Origin: an uncultured archaeon
GTDB taxonomy: Archaea > Asgardarchaeota > Lokiarchaeia > Sigyniarchaeales > SOKP01
Assembly: GCA_964486045.1 (NCBI GenBank)
Contig: CAZALK010000001.1
Coordinates: 616,242-680,241, forward strand
Reading direction: 5' to 3'
Length of the DNA: 64,000 nucleotides
In this document: positions 33,382 to 43,189 of the stretch, piece by piece
How positions within the stretch are numbered: position 1 is the stretch's first letter
How the letters are laid out: each line of letters begins with the position of its first letter
The notes under the pieces: generated by a model
Database searches by the model: none
Told to the model about the DNA's origin: nothing
What the model saw: the letters and a program-made list of their open reading frames with translations, nothing else
Program-made: the position numbers and the translations under genes

Positions 33382-33656
33382 AGATCGTAATTAATTCTCA
33401 AAATATTTGTATGCTTTAGTATACTCCTTTATTTCCATTGGAAATTTTTAATTTGTTTTCTGTCATAAATGATATTTTGTTAAATTTCTAATAAGATAAT
33501 TTAAATATAATTGAATAATTTTTAACTGGGGCCCTATTTTATATAATATAAGTTTTTTTTAGTTTTCACTATTTTAAATTAAATTTTGGATACGAAATTA
33601 AGGAGTGTCTCTTAAAAAACTATTGTTATAATAAAAAAGAAAAAAAGAAAATCGTT

Positions 33657-33911
33657 TTAAACCTTAATTTTCCAGAATACTAAAGGACGACCCCTTTTCC
33701 CATCAGTACGAGAGAATTTCTCTATTAACTTACTTTTTTGAAGTTTCACTAAATTATCATAAATGGTTGTCCTTGCTGTGTTTAAATGTTTAACCAAGTC
33801 ATTACGAGTAGAGGGACCTGTTTTTTCTAAGGTTTTAAGTAAATTTTGTTGAATTGGTGACAAAAAGTCTTTAGGCTCAAGAAATTTATCAATTTCAATT
33901 CTATTAGACAT
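33657..33911 (-). CDS. Winged-HTH transcription regulator (TrmB/ArsR-like)
   Basis: TRNDLVKHLNTARTTIYDNLVKL...RGRP. Confidence 0.85.
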   Translation of the reverse strand: MSNRIEIDKFLEPKDFLSPIQQNLLKTLEKTGPSTRNDLVKHLNTARTTIYDNLVKLQKSKLIEKFSRTDGKRGRPLVFWKIKV

Positions 33912-34119
33912 TATTATACCTTTAAGTTTTTAATTGATTCTAAAACGACAATTTCTCGACATTTTTATCTCATTGTAAAGAAACGGTTTTATGATCATAA
34001 TAATCTCAAATGATATATAAATGATGTTTATTTATGCATTATTATCATCAATAAGCACAAAGATTTAAAACTTAGAATCACTTTTTAAAAATTGGTTTAA
34101 AAATTCTAACAGTAATATA

Positions 34120-34506
34120 ATGACTGAAACATCAAGGACGACAGTAACTCTAAATAATAGCTATATGAGATTGGTGGAGGAGCTTGTAGATGTTTTTGGG
34201 GCAACTAAGGCTCAAGTAATTAGTAATATCGTAGAACGGTTTTTTAATGATAATAATAATGATGCTCTGTTAGAGAAATTAAGAGCGAGGAAGAGAAAAG
34301 AAAATCCCCCTGAAAAAGCTGAAATAGATGAAAGAATTAAAAAATATTTAAAAATATCAGACAAAATACCATTTGATGTGTTTGTAGATCATTTAAATCT
34401 CGATGCCGAATTTGTAATAAATAATCTCGATAACTGGGGGGAAACCTATAAGTTTTTGTTTTTGGACAACAAGATAATTAAAGTGAAAGAAGATAAACCT
34501 ACATGA
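34120..34506 (+). CDS. Ribbon-helix-helix-like DNA-binding protein
   Basis: RTTVTL...LVEELV...TKAQVISNIV pattern; divergent from the HTH gene. Confidence 0.6.
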   Translation: MTETSRTTVTLNNSYMRLVEELVDVFGATKAQVISNIVERFFNDNNNDALLEKLRARKRKENPPEKAEIDERIKKYLKISDKIPFDVFVDHLNLDAEFVINNLDNWGETYKFLFLDNKIIKVKEDKPT

Positions 34507-34523
34507 ATTATTATTTCTGTAAT

Positions 34524-34754
34524 TTATCCTCCAAAAATGTTAAAGAAGTCATTTGAAAGTCCAACAGTCCAATCAAGTATGGATGTAATTACACCGGTGA
34601 TAATAAAAAACACAAATAAAGCAAAACCAATGAGTAAAGCGTATTCTACAAGATTTCCACCGTAATCATCTGAAAAAAATTCCTTAATTTTAAAACCTAG
34701 TTTTTTAAAAGCATTTATAATAGTCATTCTTGTTTTACGTTTAAAAATACCCAT
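34524..34754 (-). CDS. Flp-type (type IVc/Tad) pilin
   Basis: FFSDDYG|GNLVEYALLI matches the Flp motif F-x-x-D-x-x-G|x4-E-Y, followed by a hydrophobic helix; short mature pilin. Confidence 0.75.
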   Translation of the reverse strand: MGIFKRKTRMTIINAFKKLGFKIKEFFSDDYGGNLVEYALLIGFALFVFFIITGVITSILDWTVGLSNDFFNIFGG

Positions 34755-34789
34755 TTAAACTAAACAGTAATAAAAAAAAGAGCAAAAAA

Positions 34790-35203
34790 TTAGACCTTCA
34801 ATTTTATTAGAATTTCATTAAGATCTTTATCACTAGCCTGATTTCGTGGTATCTTCACCCCAACTTTGTTATCATCAAAGCTTCTTGGAATAATGTGAAA
34901 ATGGAAATGATTGATTATTTGACCGGCAGCTGTAAAATTGTTCTGGAGGATGTTGTATCCATTAATTTGTAGTTTTTGATGAATTCTCATCGAATTTTTT
35001 TTTACTACTTTAATAGTCTCAGCTAGATTATGATTAGGAATATCTTCTAACGTAGAATAATGATTTTTAGGTATAACTATCGTGTGTTCTTTGAATATAG
35101 GTGAAATATCTAGAAAGGCTAAATTTAGATCATTTTCAAACACGATCTTAGATGAGATTTTTCTTTCTATAATTTTACAAAAAATATAAGAAGTATCTTT
35201 CAA
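34790..35203 (-). CDS. HIT-family nucleotide hydrolase
   Basis: IFCKII, AFLDISP, AGQIINHFHFHIIPR. Confidence 0.92.
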   Translation of the reverse strand: MKDTSYIFCKIIERKISSKIVFENDLNLAFLDISPIFKEHTIVIPKNHYSTLEDIPNHNLAETIKVVKKNSMRIHQKLQINGYNILQNNFTAAGQIINHFHFHIIPRSFDDNKVGVKIPRNQASDKDLNEILIKLKV

Positions 35204-35339
35204 TCAATTAACCCCTTTTCAAATAGTAAGTTGTTTAATATTGTTGTGTGTTTTAAATTAAAATTAAAAAACCATTACTGAGATTTATCATAATAAGTTA
35301 TAAAATTTTTCATATTATGAGTAAAACGCTCTGATTATC

Positions 35340-36155
35340 ATGTTTCTTCAAGAAATACAATCAATCATATTAGAGAAATTTTTTCCCAAAAGTTTTAAAT
35401 TAAACTCTGAGATTTATGGGTTGCAATACGACCAGAACAGAGTCAACAAATTAATAAAAAAAGTAATGTTAACAATTGATTTAAGTATAGGGGCATTACA
35501 TTTTGCTGTAAAAAATAAAGTAAACTTAATAATTTCCCATCATAGCTTAATTAAGGAACCAATTAAAACATTTAATCAAAACCTAATCAATAAATTAACT
35601 TTCCTAACTAAATATCCAATTTCAATATTTGTGTTAAACTCTTCATTTATAGCAGCAGAGGGGGGGGTATCAGAAACGATAGCTGAAGCACTCTATTTGA
35701 ATTTAGAAAGAACTTTTGAAATTAAAAATCATAGAGGGATTAAAGTTCCAATTGGACGAATTTGTACTCCAAAGTATTATTTAAAGAAAGATCAAAAAAT
35801 GACTTTAGAATATTTGTTGAAGAGAATTAAAACAAACTTAGAATTAACACATGTGTCATATGTAGGTAATCTCAAGACTACAGTAAATAAGATTTGCATC
35901 GTTGGTGGAGACACATCTAATATTAATTATCTAAAAAAAGCTCTGAATTTAGAATGTGATTGCTTCATATCAGCTAAAATTAACTATACAGATGCAATCT
36001 TCGGAAGAGACACAGGGCTTGCTTTAATTGAGGCGTCACATTATAAGATTGAAATACTAACATTGAAAAAACTCTCCAATATTTTGAGTTTAGAGTTCCC
36101 CTATGTCGAATTTTTATTATTTGAGTCAGGTGATCCATTTAAAATTTCTTTTTAA
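35340..36155 (+). CDS. Nif3-like dinuclear metal-centre protein
   Basis: VMLTIDL, LIISHH, ASHYKIE motifs. Confidence 0.85.
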   Translation: MFLQEIQSIILEKFFPKSFKLNSEIYGLQYDQNRVNKLIKKVMLTIDLSIGALHFAVKNKVNLIISHHSLIKEPIKTFNQNLINKLTFLTKYPISIFVLNSSFIAAEGGVSETIAEALYLNLERTFEIKNHRGIKVPIGRICTPKYYLKKDQKMTLEYLLKRIKTNLELTHVSYVGNLKTTVNKICIVGGDTSNINYLKKALNLECDCFISAKINYTDAIFGRDTGLALIEASHYKIEILTLKKLSNILSLEFPYVEFLLFESGDPFKISF

Positions 36156-36289
36156 AAAGTCATTGAGGGAATTACCATGCTAAGTAAAGTTAAAGATTCT
36201 TAATTATAAGCTTAAATTTTTTGAGATAGGACGTGATTTTAGAAAAATTTTATATCTTTTACTTATTCAGTATTATTAGTGAAATTAAA

Positions 36290-36871
36290 ATGCCAATTAT
36301 TGAATATAACGGGAAAAAACCCGAGATAAGTTCAAATTCTTACGTGAGCCCCCAAAGCACAATAATTGGGGATGTAAAGATAAATGATAACGTGATCATT
36401 TGGCCAGGATCAATAATCCGAGCAGAAAACTCTCCAATTGTAATTGGTGAATATTCAACGATTTTTGATGGAGTAATGATGCTTACACGATCTCAGAGAA
36501 GTTCTATTAATATTGGCAGATACTGTATAATTGAGTCCGGTGTGGCTTTACTAGGTTGTTTTATGGAAGACTATGTTCAGATAAAGGAAGCAACTCTTAT
36601 CTTTGAAGAAGCATCAATAGGTGAGGGTGTAATTATTTTGAAAAAAAGCCAAGTTCCCCCTGGATTGATTATTCCCGCTCGTACTGTCATGAGAGGGAAT
36701 CCTGTAGAATCAATTAGAGAACAAACCAGAAACGATATATTAAAACAGAAGGAACGCGCAGAAAACTATTCTCAATTATTTGTTAAAATAATAAATCAAC
36801 TCCCAAATGCTCAGGGTTATCTATTATCTTTACCTGATTTCTTAAAATTACTAATAAAAAAGGATGAATAA
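36290..36871 (+). CDS. Gamma-carbonic-anhydrase-like hexapeptide-repeat protein (ATG 36290 preferred)
   Basis: YNGKKPEI...IIGDVKI...IWPGSIIRAE; hexapeptide repeats; Zn-ligand His residues absent. Confidence 0.8.
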   Translation: MPIIEYNGKKPEISSNSYVSPQSTIIGDVKINDNVIIWPGSIIRAENSPIVIGEYSTIFDGVMMLTRSQRSSINIGRYCIIESGVALLGCFMEDYVQIKEATLIFEEASIGEGVIILKKSQVPPGLIIPARTVMRGNPVESIREQTRNDILKQKERAENYSQLFVKIINQLPNAQGYLLSLPDFLKLLIKKDE

Positions 36872-36897
36872 AAAAAAAATAAAATATGAGTTTATAG

Positions 36898-37785
36898 TCA
36901 GACCATAATATTTAACATTTTAATTAACTCTTTATACCTGGAACGAAGTGTTACTTCTGTTACTCCAACCAAATTTGCAATTTCCTTCTGAGAAACTCTC
37001 TTATCCTTCATTTTGCAGACTAAATAAAGAGATCCTGCACATAAACCTTTAGGATCCTTCCCGGAAGTAGAGAATTTGGATATGAATGATTGTAAAATTT
37101 TAATGGTTGCGTTCTCCGCATCAGCATCTAAATCTAATTCTGCGATAAACCTTGGGATAAGAGAAATTGGATCAGTAGAGGGTACTTTCAGATTTAATTC
37201 TCTGATTAATGTTCTATAACATCTTCTAACATTCTTGGCACTAATAGATGTTTCATCTAGAATTTCCTGTAACGTTCGGGGAATTTTCCTTTCTCTGCAA
37301 GCAAAATATAAACAAGCTGCTACCATTCCATTAATAGATCTTCCCCTAAGTAATTTTTTCTTAAAAGCCTCTATATAAAGTCGGATGGCAGTCTTTTTCA
37401 CATGATTGGGCAAATTTAAATTGCTCGCAATTCTTTTCAATTCAGTTGTTGCTATTAACATATTGCGTTTGTCCCAGGTCATTCGAGAATTCCATTTAGC
37501 AGCCCTTTTTAAGTCAGGATTTTTAATGCTTGTTTTATCGATGATAGTACTTAATCCCATATCAGGTAATAGAATTGAGATGGGAGATCCTGTACGTTCT
37601 CTACTTTCTTTTTCCTGTTTTGTAAAAGCTCTTTTGCCGCTATGAGCCGTATCAACTATCCTCTCATTTATTACCAATCCACATTGACCACAAACTATTT
37701 CTCCCTTTTCATGAAGAGGAATAACCTTACCTCCACATTCAGGGCATGAATTTGTAAAACTTCTTATATATGATTCTATATCCAT
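36898..37785 (-). CDS. tfb: Transcription initiation factor IIB
   Basis: CPECG...GEIVCGQCGLV, RGRSI, PRTL, GKDPKG, VTEVTLRSRYKE. Confidence 0.96.
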   Translation of the reverse strand: MDIESYIRSFTNSCPECGGKVIPLHEKGEIVCGQCGLVINERIVDTAHSGKRAFTKQEKESRERTGSPISILLPDMGLSTIIDKTSIKNPDLKRAAKWNSRMTWDKRNMLIATTELKRIASNLNLPNHVKKTAIRLYIEAFKKKLLRGRSINGMVAACLYFACRERKIPRTLQEILDETSISAKNVRRCYRTLIRELNLKVPSTDPISLIPRFIAELDLDADAENATIKILQSFISKFSTSGKDPKGLCAGSLYLVCKMKDKRVSQKEIANLVGVTEVTLRSRYKELIKMLNIMV

Positions 37786-38054
37786 AACAATAACCTATTA
37801 TTATATTTAAAACAATTAAAATTCCTTATACCACAATATAAAATTTGTTCAATTGAAAATTAACCCGTGCACCGAATAGAAAATTATTTAATAATAATTT
37901 CGAAATTTTTGTGACTGAAACTCGAAAACAATCTCTGATGCAAATATTAAATAGATAAATAGACTATATAAATGTTTCGCTCGAAAATTTGTTTGCCTAC
38001 TAGATAACGAATTAAAAAATTTGAATTGTTCCTGAATTAAAATAAATTTAACAA

Positions 38055-38687
38055 TTATAAGAAAAATGGGAGATAAGTAGTAAATCCAAACAAAATTCCC
38101 CCTCCTATACCTGTAAATAAGACTCCAAAAGCTCTTTTGGGATTGTTAATTAATCGGTTATTATTCACTAGGTACCATAAACTCAAGAGTATATCCAATA
38201 CAGAAATAAGCGATCCTAAGGAAAAACAGTAATATATGGTTTTTTCATGAGGATATTGGGAAGCGGAAATATCCATTATTCCATTTAAATAAAAGGGATC
38301 TATACCACTGAAATCTATGAAACCATAAATTAATTTATCCGGTATAGGATCGAAGATCCAAATTAAAAAGTATGTAAAGTAATTAAATAAGATCCCAAAA
38401 CCTAGAAATAAATAAGATAAACCTAAAATTAATCTTGGTTTTTTAAAGACCTCTGCTTGCTTATCTGAGTTTACTAACCTCTCTTGACGGTAGACACCTC
38501 TTAATCGGAATAATGTTAAAATCCCTATCGATATGATAATTAATACAAAAACGAATTTGATATATTTATAGAAGAGCAAAATGAAATTGTTAAATGCTAC
38601 ACACCAATTTTCTAGCCCAATGATTATATCTTTTAGTATGTCGCCTGTAGACTGGGTGATTCTCCGAAGATTTAAAAGATTAAACAT
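38055..38687 (-). CDS. Hypothetical membrane protein
   Basis: About four TM helices. Confidence 0.65.
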   Translation of the reverse strand: MFNLLNLRRITQSTGDILKDIIIGLENWCVAFNNFILLFYKYIKFVFVLIIISIGILTLFRLRGVYRQERLVNSDKQAEVFKKPRLILGLSYLFLGFGILFNYFTYFLIWIFDPIPDKLIYGFIDFSGIDPFYLNGIMDISASQYPHEKTIYYCFSLGSLISVLDILLSLWYLVNNNRLINNPKRAFGVLFTGIGGGILFGFTTYLPFFL

Positions 38688-38759
38688 TCCATAAAAGAGT
38701 TAGGAATCTTGTATTTAAAGTCTACAAAATAATCCTTAGCGGAGAATTAAACAAGATTT

Positions 38760-39191
38760 CTAAGATATTTTTTCACATTCACTATTAATAACTTTCAATG
38801 TTGTGTTAAAATCTTGCCACCAATCTTGACCTTGTTGAGCAACTAACATTGAATCGACCTTTTTAGAGTCCAAACACCTAATTTCTTCCTTATGAGCTTT
38901 AATCTTCGTTTTCCAAATTTCAGAAAAAATCCCTTGTATATTGATTTTAACTTTTTTAATTAATTCTTCATAAGAAACTGATACGTCTTCAATTTTTTGT
39001 AGTTTTTGAAGTTGCTCAAATTTCACTTTTTCTTTAGCCCTGTTCAAATCTCCACAACTTATTTTGATCGAAAATGACTCCTCTTTGCCCCATTTACAGA
39101 ATTTTTGAATTTCACATAATGAACAATAAATCTCAAAACCAATTGTATAATCTTCTAACCCAACAATAGAGTAATTTAAAGTTTTAGGCAT
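38760..39191 (-). CDS. Hypothetical Cys-containing protein
   Basis: CSLCEIQKFC...C possible metal site. Confidence 0.6.
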   Translation of the reverse strand: MPKTLNYSIVGLEDYTIGFEIYCSLCEIQKFCKWGKEESFSIKISCGDLNRAKEKVKFEQLQKLQKIEDVSVSYEELIKKVKINIQGIFSEIWKTKIKAHKEEIRCLDSKKVDSMLVAQQGQDWWQDFNTTLKVINSECEKIS

Positions 39192-39338
39192 GATTCTCTC
39201 TTTTTATTTAAATAAAAATATAATCTTATCTCTAATATAATTTAGGTCAAAAAATTTTTTAAACACTATTTATTAAATTATTCGTTAAAGAACGTTTTTT
39301 TAAACTTAACCTTTAAGAGTTCTTAAATTACCCGGTGA

Positions 39339-39412
39339 GGGAGAGTGGCTTAGCCTGGTATAGCGCACGGCTGATAACCGTGAGGTCGGGGGTTCGAAGC
39401 CCCCCTTTCCCA
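39339..39412 (+). tRNA. tRNA-Ile(GAT)
   Basis: GGGAGAG/CTTTCCC acceptor, CACGG-CTGATAA-CCGTG, GGGGG-TTCGAAG-CCCCC. Confidence 0.95.
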
Positions 39413-40856
39413 CTTATTAGATAGACATGTGGTAGACATACTCACCATATTTTTTTATCTTTGTCTAATACAGGAAGTTAAAAAAAATCCTAGAGAGTTC
39501 TAAATTTTTAAGTCTTGAGTATATTTTAGATAATTTCTGAAAAACCAACCTACAAAAATCATATCATCTTCTTTCAGATTAGCTCTTTCTAAGGCATTAT
39601 AATAATATTTTCGGATAATAAAAGGAATATCAAACATAGGATAATTATTCTTATACAAAATATAATTCATAACTAATCTCGATATTCTTCCATTTCCATC
39701 TGAGAAAGGATGGATTGAAACAAACCTAAAATGCATTAAACATGCTAATAATACAGGATCCATTGATTGTTTTTTTTCATTATACCATTTAAAGAGAAGA
39801 TCCAATAATTCTTCACATACAAATCCTCCTAATGGAGGAACATAATTACTTCCAGAGATAAAAGCTTTATCTTGTCTTATCATACCGGCAAAATTATTTC
39901 TGTTAGGATGCAAACTAAATAGTTTTCCATGCCATTCTAAAGTTTTTTCTAATGATAATCCAGAATCCTCTAGATTCTTTGTAAATTCATTGTATAAATC
40001 CCAATGTAGTTTAGCTTCGACAATATCGTTTGTAGATTTGTTAATTGGAACATCAGGCTCATCAACAACTAGCGCAACTTCTCTATGTGTTAATGTTGAG
40101 CCTTCAATTTTATTGGTATGATAAGTGAATCTAATACCAAAGCTCTTCAAGAATTCTAATTTTCGATATTTTGGTAATTTATCTAATTTGGAACTATATT
40201 TTTCTTTAATTTCTTCTATGGATTGATTCCATCTCTTATTTAAAATTTCCTCAATAAATTTTTCTTTAATATCCTCTATGTCTTCAGGAATCTCTTTTCC
40301 AATTTCCTTATATAAATTCCTTATATTTCTATTTTCCCGATAAGAATATTGTAGTGAATAATACTCTTTTCCTTCAATTTTTCTTTTTATCACACTTACC
40401 ATAATTACATATTACAAATACAATTATATAAATCTACTTACTTTTTTCCAAAATGTAATTGTAATTACAACTACTCTCTTATTGGTTAAATATAAATAAT
40501 CGAATTTGTAATTGTAATTATAAATACTTTTCAATCTTTTTTATATCTTTTCTCCGATTTGTAGTTGTAAATATTTCTATGATGCATACTAAAGAGAAGG
40601 TGCATCCATATCTCGCATATTTTTAAATAAGAAAAAGTATCTTCACTTGAGAATGGACAACTTATTCCTCTATTTTAGAGTAATCTTGATTCATCTCATT
40701 AATGTTGTACATCTCTGTATTTTTGAAATCTTGAGAAATTCATTTTTTTATGTCAGAAGTTTTCGACGAGTTAAAGATTTGTTTACTATAAATGTAAAAA
40801 AATGATATATCATGTCTATCGCATGTCGAATTGTAGGTTGAAATCCCCCTTTCCCA
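39401..40856. mobile_element. Small integrase-less islet at the tRNA-Ile 3' end carrying a Fic gene
   Basis: tRNA 3' end CCCCCTTTCCCA (39401-39412) repeated at 40845-40856 within GGTTGAAATCCCCCTTTCCCA; internal inverted repeats at 39424-39439 and 40812-40827. Confidence 0.7.
39500..40402 (-). CDS. Fic-domain protein (AMPylase) with intramolecular inhibitory motif
   Basis: HPFSDGNGRISR catalytic loop; TNKIEG fits (S/T)xxxE(G/N). Confidence 0.93.
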   Translation of the reverse strand: MVSVIKRKIEGKEYYSLQYSYRENRNIRNLYKEIGKEIPEDIEDIKEKFIEEILNKRWNQSIEEIKEKYSSKLDKLPKYRKLEFLKSFGIRFTYHTNKIEGSTLTHREVALVVDEPDVPINKSTNDIVEAKLHWDLYNEFTKNLEDSGLSLEKTLEWHGKLFSLHPNRNNFAGMIRQDKAFISGSNYVPPLGGFVCEELLDLLFKWYNEKKQSMDPVLLACLMHFRFVSIHPFSDGNGRISRLVMNYILYKNNYPMFDIPFIIRKYYYNALERANLKEDDMIFVGWFFRNYLKYTQDLKI

Positions 40857-40913
40857 TTAGTTAATTTCAATAATCTTCATTTACATGATTAATTATCAAA
40901 CCCAATTATAAAT

Positions 40914-41513
40914 GTGAAAATGAAAATTATTATTATCTCTGGGACTCCTGGTTGTGGTAAAACCTCTGTAACCAAAGTATTGTCTAAGTTAATAGATGCT
41001 AAGATCATTTTCTTAAACGAATTGGCAGTTTCAGAAGATTTTTCTTTCGAATATGATAAAGAAAGGAAAACTTACATAGTAGATTTTAAAATATTTCTTC
41101 CCTATATCATAAACAAAATCAAAGTAATAAAAATAGATGATCCTAAATTCTTAATAATAGAAAGTCATTTCTCAGACATCATTCCTAAAAAATACATGGA
41201 TTACGTTTTTATTTTGAGGTGTGACCCAGATGAATTGACTAAACGGTTGAAGGAAAAGAACTTTGATATAAATAAAATAACAGAAAATGTGCAAGCAGAA
41301 ATTTTGGGAAATTGTGTGAATTACTTAGTTCAAAAAAAAATAAAAAAACCTATTTATGAAATTAATACTACGAATCTAAACATTGAATCAGTAGCTAAAA
41401 CCATAAATAATATAATATTTGGAAAAAAAGATGTGGAAAAATATTATTTGGGTAAAATTGATTGGTTAGAAAAGTTATTTCAAGAAGACCGGCTAGTCGA
41501 ATTTTTCGATTAG
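40914..41513 (+). CDS. Adenylate kinase AK6/Fap7 family
   Basis: ISGTPGCGKT, IESH, LRCDP, ENVQAEI. Confidence 0.9.
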   Translation: MKMKIIIISGTPGCGKTSVTKVLSKLIDAKIIFLNELAVSEDFSFEYDKERKTYIVDFKIFLPYIINKIKVIKIDDPKFLIIESHFSDIIPKKYMDYVFILRCDPDELTKRLKEKNFDINKITENVQAEILGNCVNYLVQKKIKKPIYEINTTNLNIESVAKTINNIIFGKKDVEKYYLGKIDWLEKLFQEDRLVEFFD

Positions 41514-41525
41514 AAGCAAAATATA

Positions 41526-43187
41526 GTGAGTGTAAGAATTTTGAAATGGGAGATAACTGATATTGATGCTTTAGGACGGATTGGAAAATTAACCGTAAAT
41601 CATAAGAAAATAATTACTCCAAACTTATTTCCAGTTGTCCATCCTTACAGAAATATTCTTAACCTTTCAGATTTAAAGAACATAGGTGCTCAATGTGTTT
41701 TCACAAATGCTTATATCATTAATCAGAACCCTGAAATTCGAGATATCGTCTTAAATAAAGGTCTCCACAAATATTTGAATTTTGATGGAATAATCGCTAC
41801 TGATAGCGGCGCATTCCAGAAATATATGTATAATAAAACTGATTTTGAGCTAAATGCTGAAGCCATAGAAAAATTCCAAGAAGATATTGACTCAGATTTC
41901 TCTGTAATTTTAGATGAACCAGTCCAACCAGATGATAGTTATGAAACTGCTAAAAGGAAAGTTAATTTATCAATACAACGTGCTAAAGATAACACTAATC
42001 GACGAGTCAAAGATACGTGCCATTGGTTTGGACCTATTCATGGTGCAAATTATATGGACTTATTAAAATTCAGTACTATCGAAATGAGTAAATTAGATTT
42101 TGATGTTTATGCGATTGGAGGCTTAGTAAAATCGTTCTTAAATTATCGGTTTGACTTAGTAATTAAAGCACTTTTAAAGGTTAAAGAAAATATCATTTGG
42201 AACAAACCAATTCATATGTTTGGGCTTGGATTACCGCAATTCTTTTCTTTAGCTATAGCGTGTGGATGTGATTTAATGGATTCCGCAGCCTATATTCTCT
42301 TTGCTAAAGAAAACAGGTACTTTACTTTATCTACTGGAACAAGGAATTTAGAAGAATTAGAGGAATTTCCCTGTCATTGTCCGATATGCTGTAAATATGA
42401 ACCCAAAGAGGTAAAGAACTTCGATGATGACTTGAGAACTGAAATACTGGCGAAACATAATTTATACCTATCCTTTTCGGAATTAAGAACAATACGCCAA
42501 GCTATTAAAGAGGGGAATTTATGGGAACTCGTAGAACAAAGAATAAGAAATCATCCCAGTTTAGTAGATGCGTTCGGTATAGTTAAGTCAAATTTCAAAT
42601 TATTTGAAAAACATGAAAAGGTGTATAAACCACATGGAAGATTATTCGCGTCTCCAGAAAGTATGCATAGACCTTTGCTTTATCGCTATGATGCAAAGAT
42701 TGAGAGCAATTATAGAGTTCCACATGAAGCGAAATTTCTAATCCTTCTACCTGAATTAGATGTAAAAGGGTATAAGTCACCGAGTATTAATGATTGGTTG
42801 GAAGAGATTGAAACTAATACAATCATTCCGAGGGAATTTCTTCATATTGCGTTTATTTCCGATTTTTTTGGGATTATACCACTTGATTTGAGTTATACTT
42901 TCCCGATGGGCCAATTTGAGTCAATAAACGGGTTAATAACTAATGATATTATATATCAAAACTTTGCCCAAAGAATTGAGAATTTCTTTAAATTTCATGG
43001 AAAGCATTATGTTAAATGTGGCATATTAGCTCCAGACCTGTATATTAATCAATTCAATGAAGATACTGGATATTTAAAAAAAAGCGCTATTACGAGCATA
43101 ATAGATAAGGAGAGATCTAAATTATCATTAAATTTCTCCATTTTTGAAGATTTACACGGGATTCTGCAATTTTTCAAGGATGATTAA
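41526..43187 (+). CDS. tgtA: tRNA-guanine(15) transglycosylase (archaeosine)
   Basis: TDSGAFQ, HMFGLG, CDLMDSAAY, CHCPIC, GNLWELVE. Confidence 0.95.
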   Translation: MSVRILKWEITDIDALGRIGKLTVNHKKIITPNLFPVVHPYRNILNLSDLKNIGAQCVFTNAYIINQNPEIRDIVLNKGLHKYLNFDGIIATDSGAFQKYMYNKTDFELNAEAIEKFQEDIDSDFSVILDEPVQPDDSYETAKRKVNLSIQRAKDNTNRRVKDTCHWFGPIHGANYMDLLKFSTIEMSKLDFDVYAIGGLVKSFLNYRFDLVIKALLKVKENIIWNKPIHMFGLGLPQFFSLAIACGCDLMDSAAYILFAKENRYFTLSTGTRNLEELEEFPCHCPICCKYEPKEVKNFDDDLRTEILAKHNLYLSFSELRTIRQAIKEGNLWELVEQRIRNHPSLVDAFGIVKSNFKLFEKHEKVYKPHGRLFASPESMHRPLLYRYDAKIESNYRVPHEAKFLILLPELDVKGYKSPSINDWLEEIETNTIIPREFLHIAFISDFFGIIPLDLSYTFPMGQFESINGLITNDIIYQNFAQRIENFFKFHGKHYVKCGILAPDLYINQFNEDTGYLKKSAITSIIDKERSKLSLNFSIFEDLHGILQFFKDD

Positions 43188-43189
43188 TA

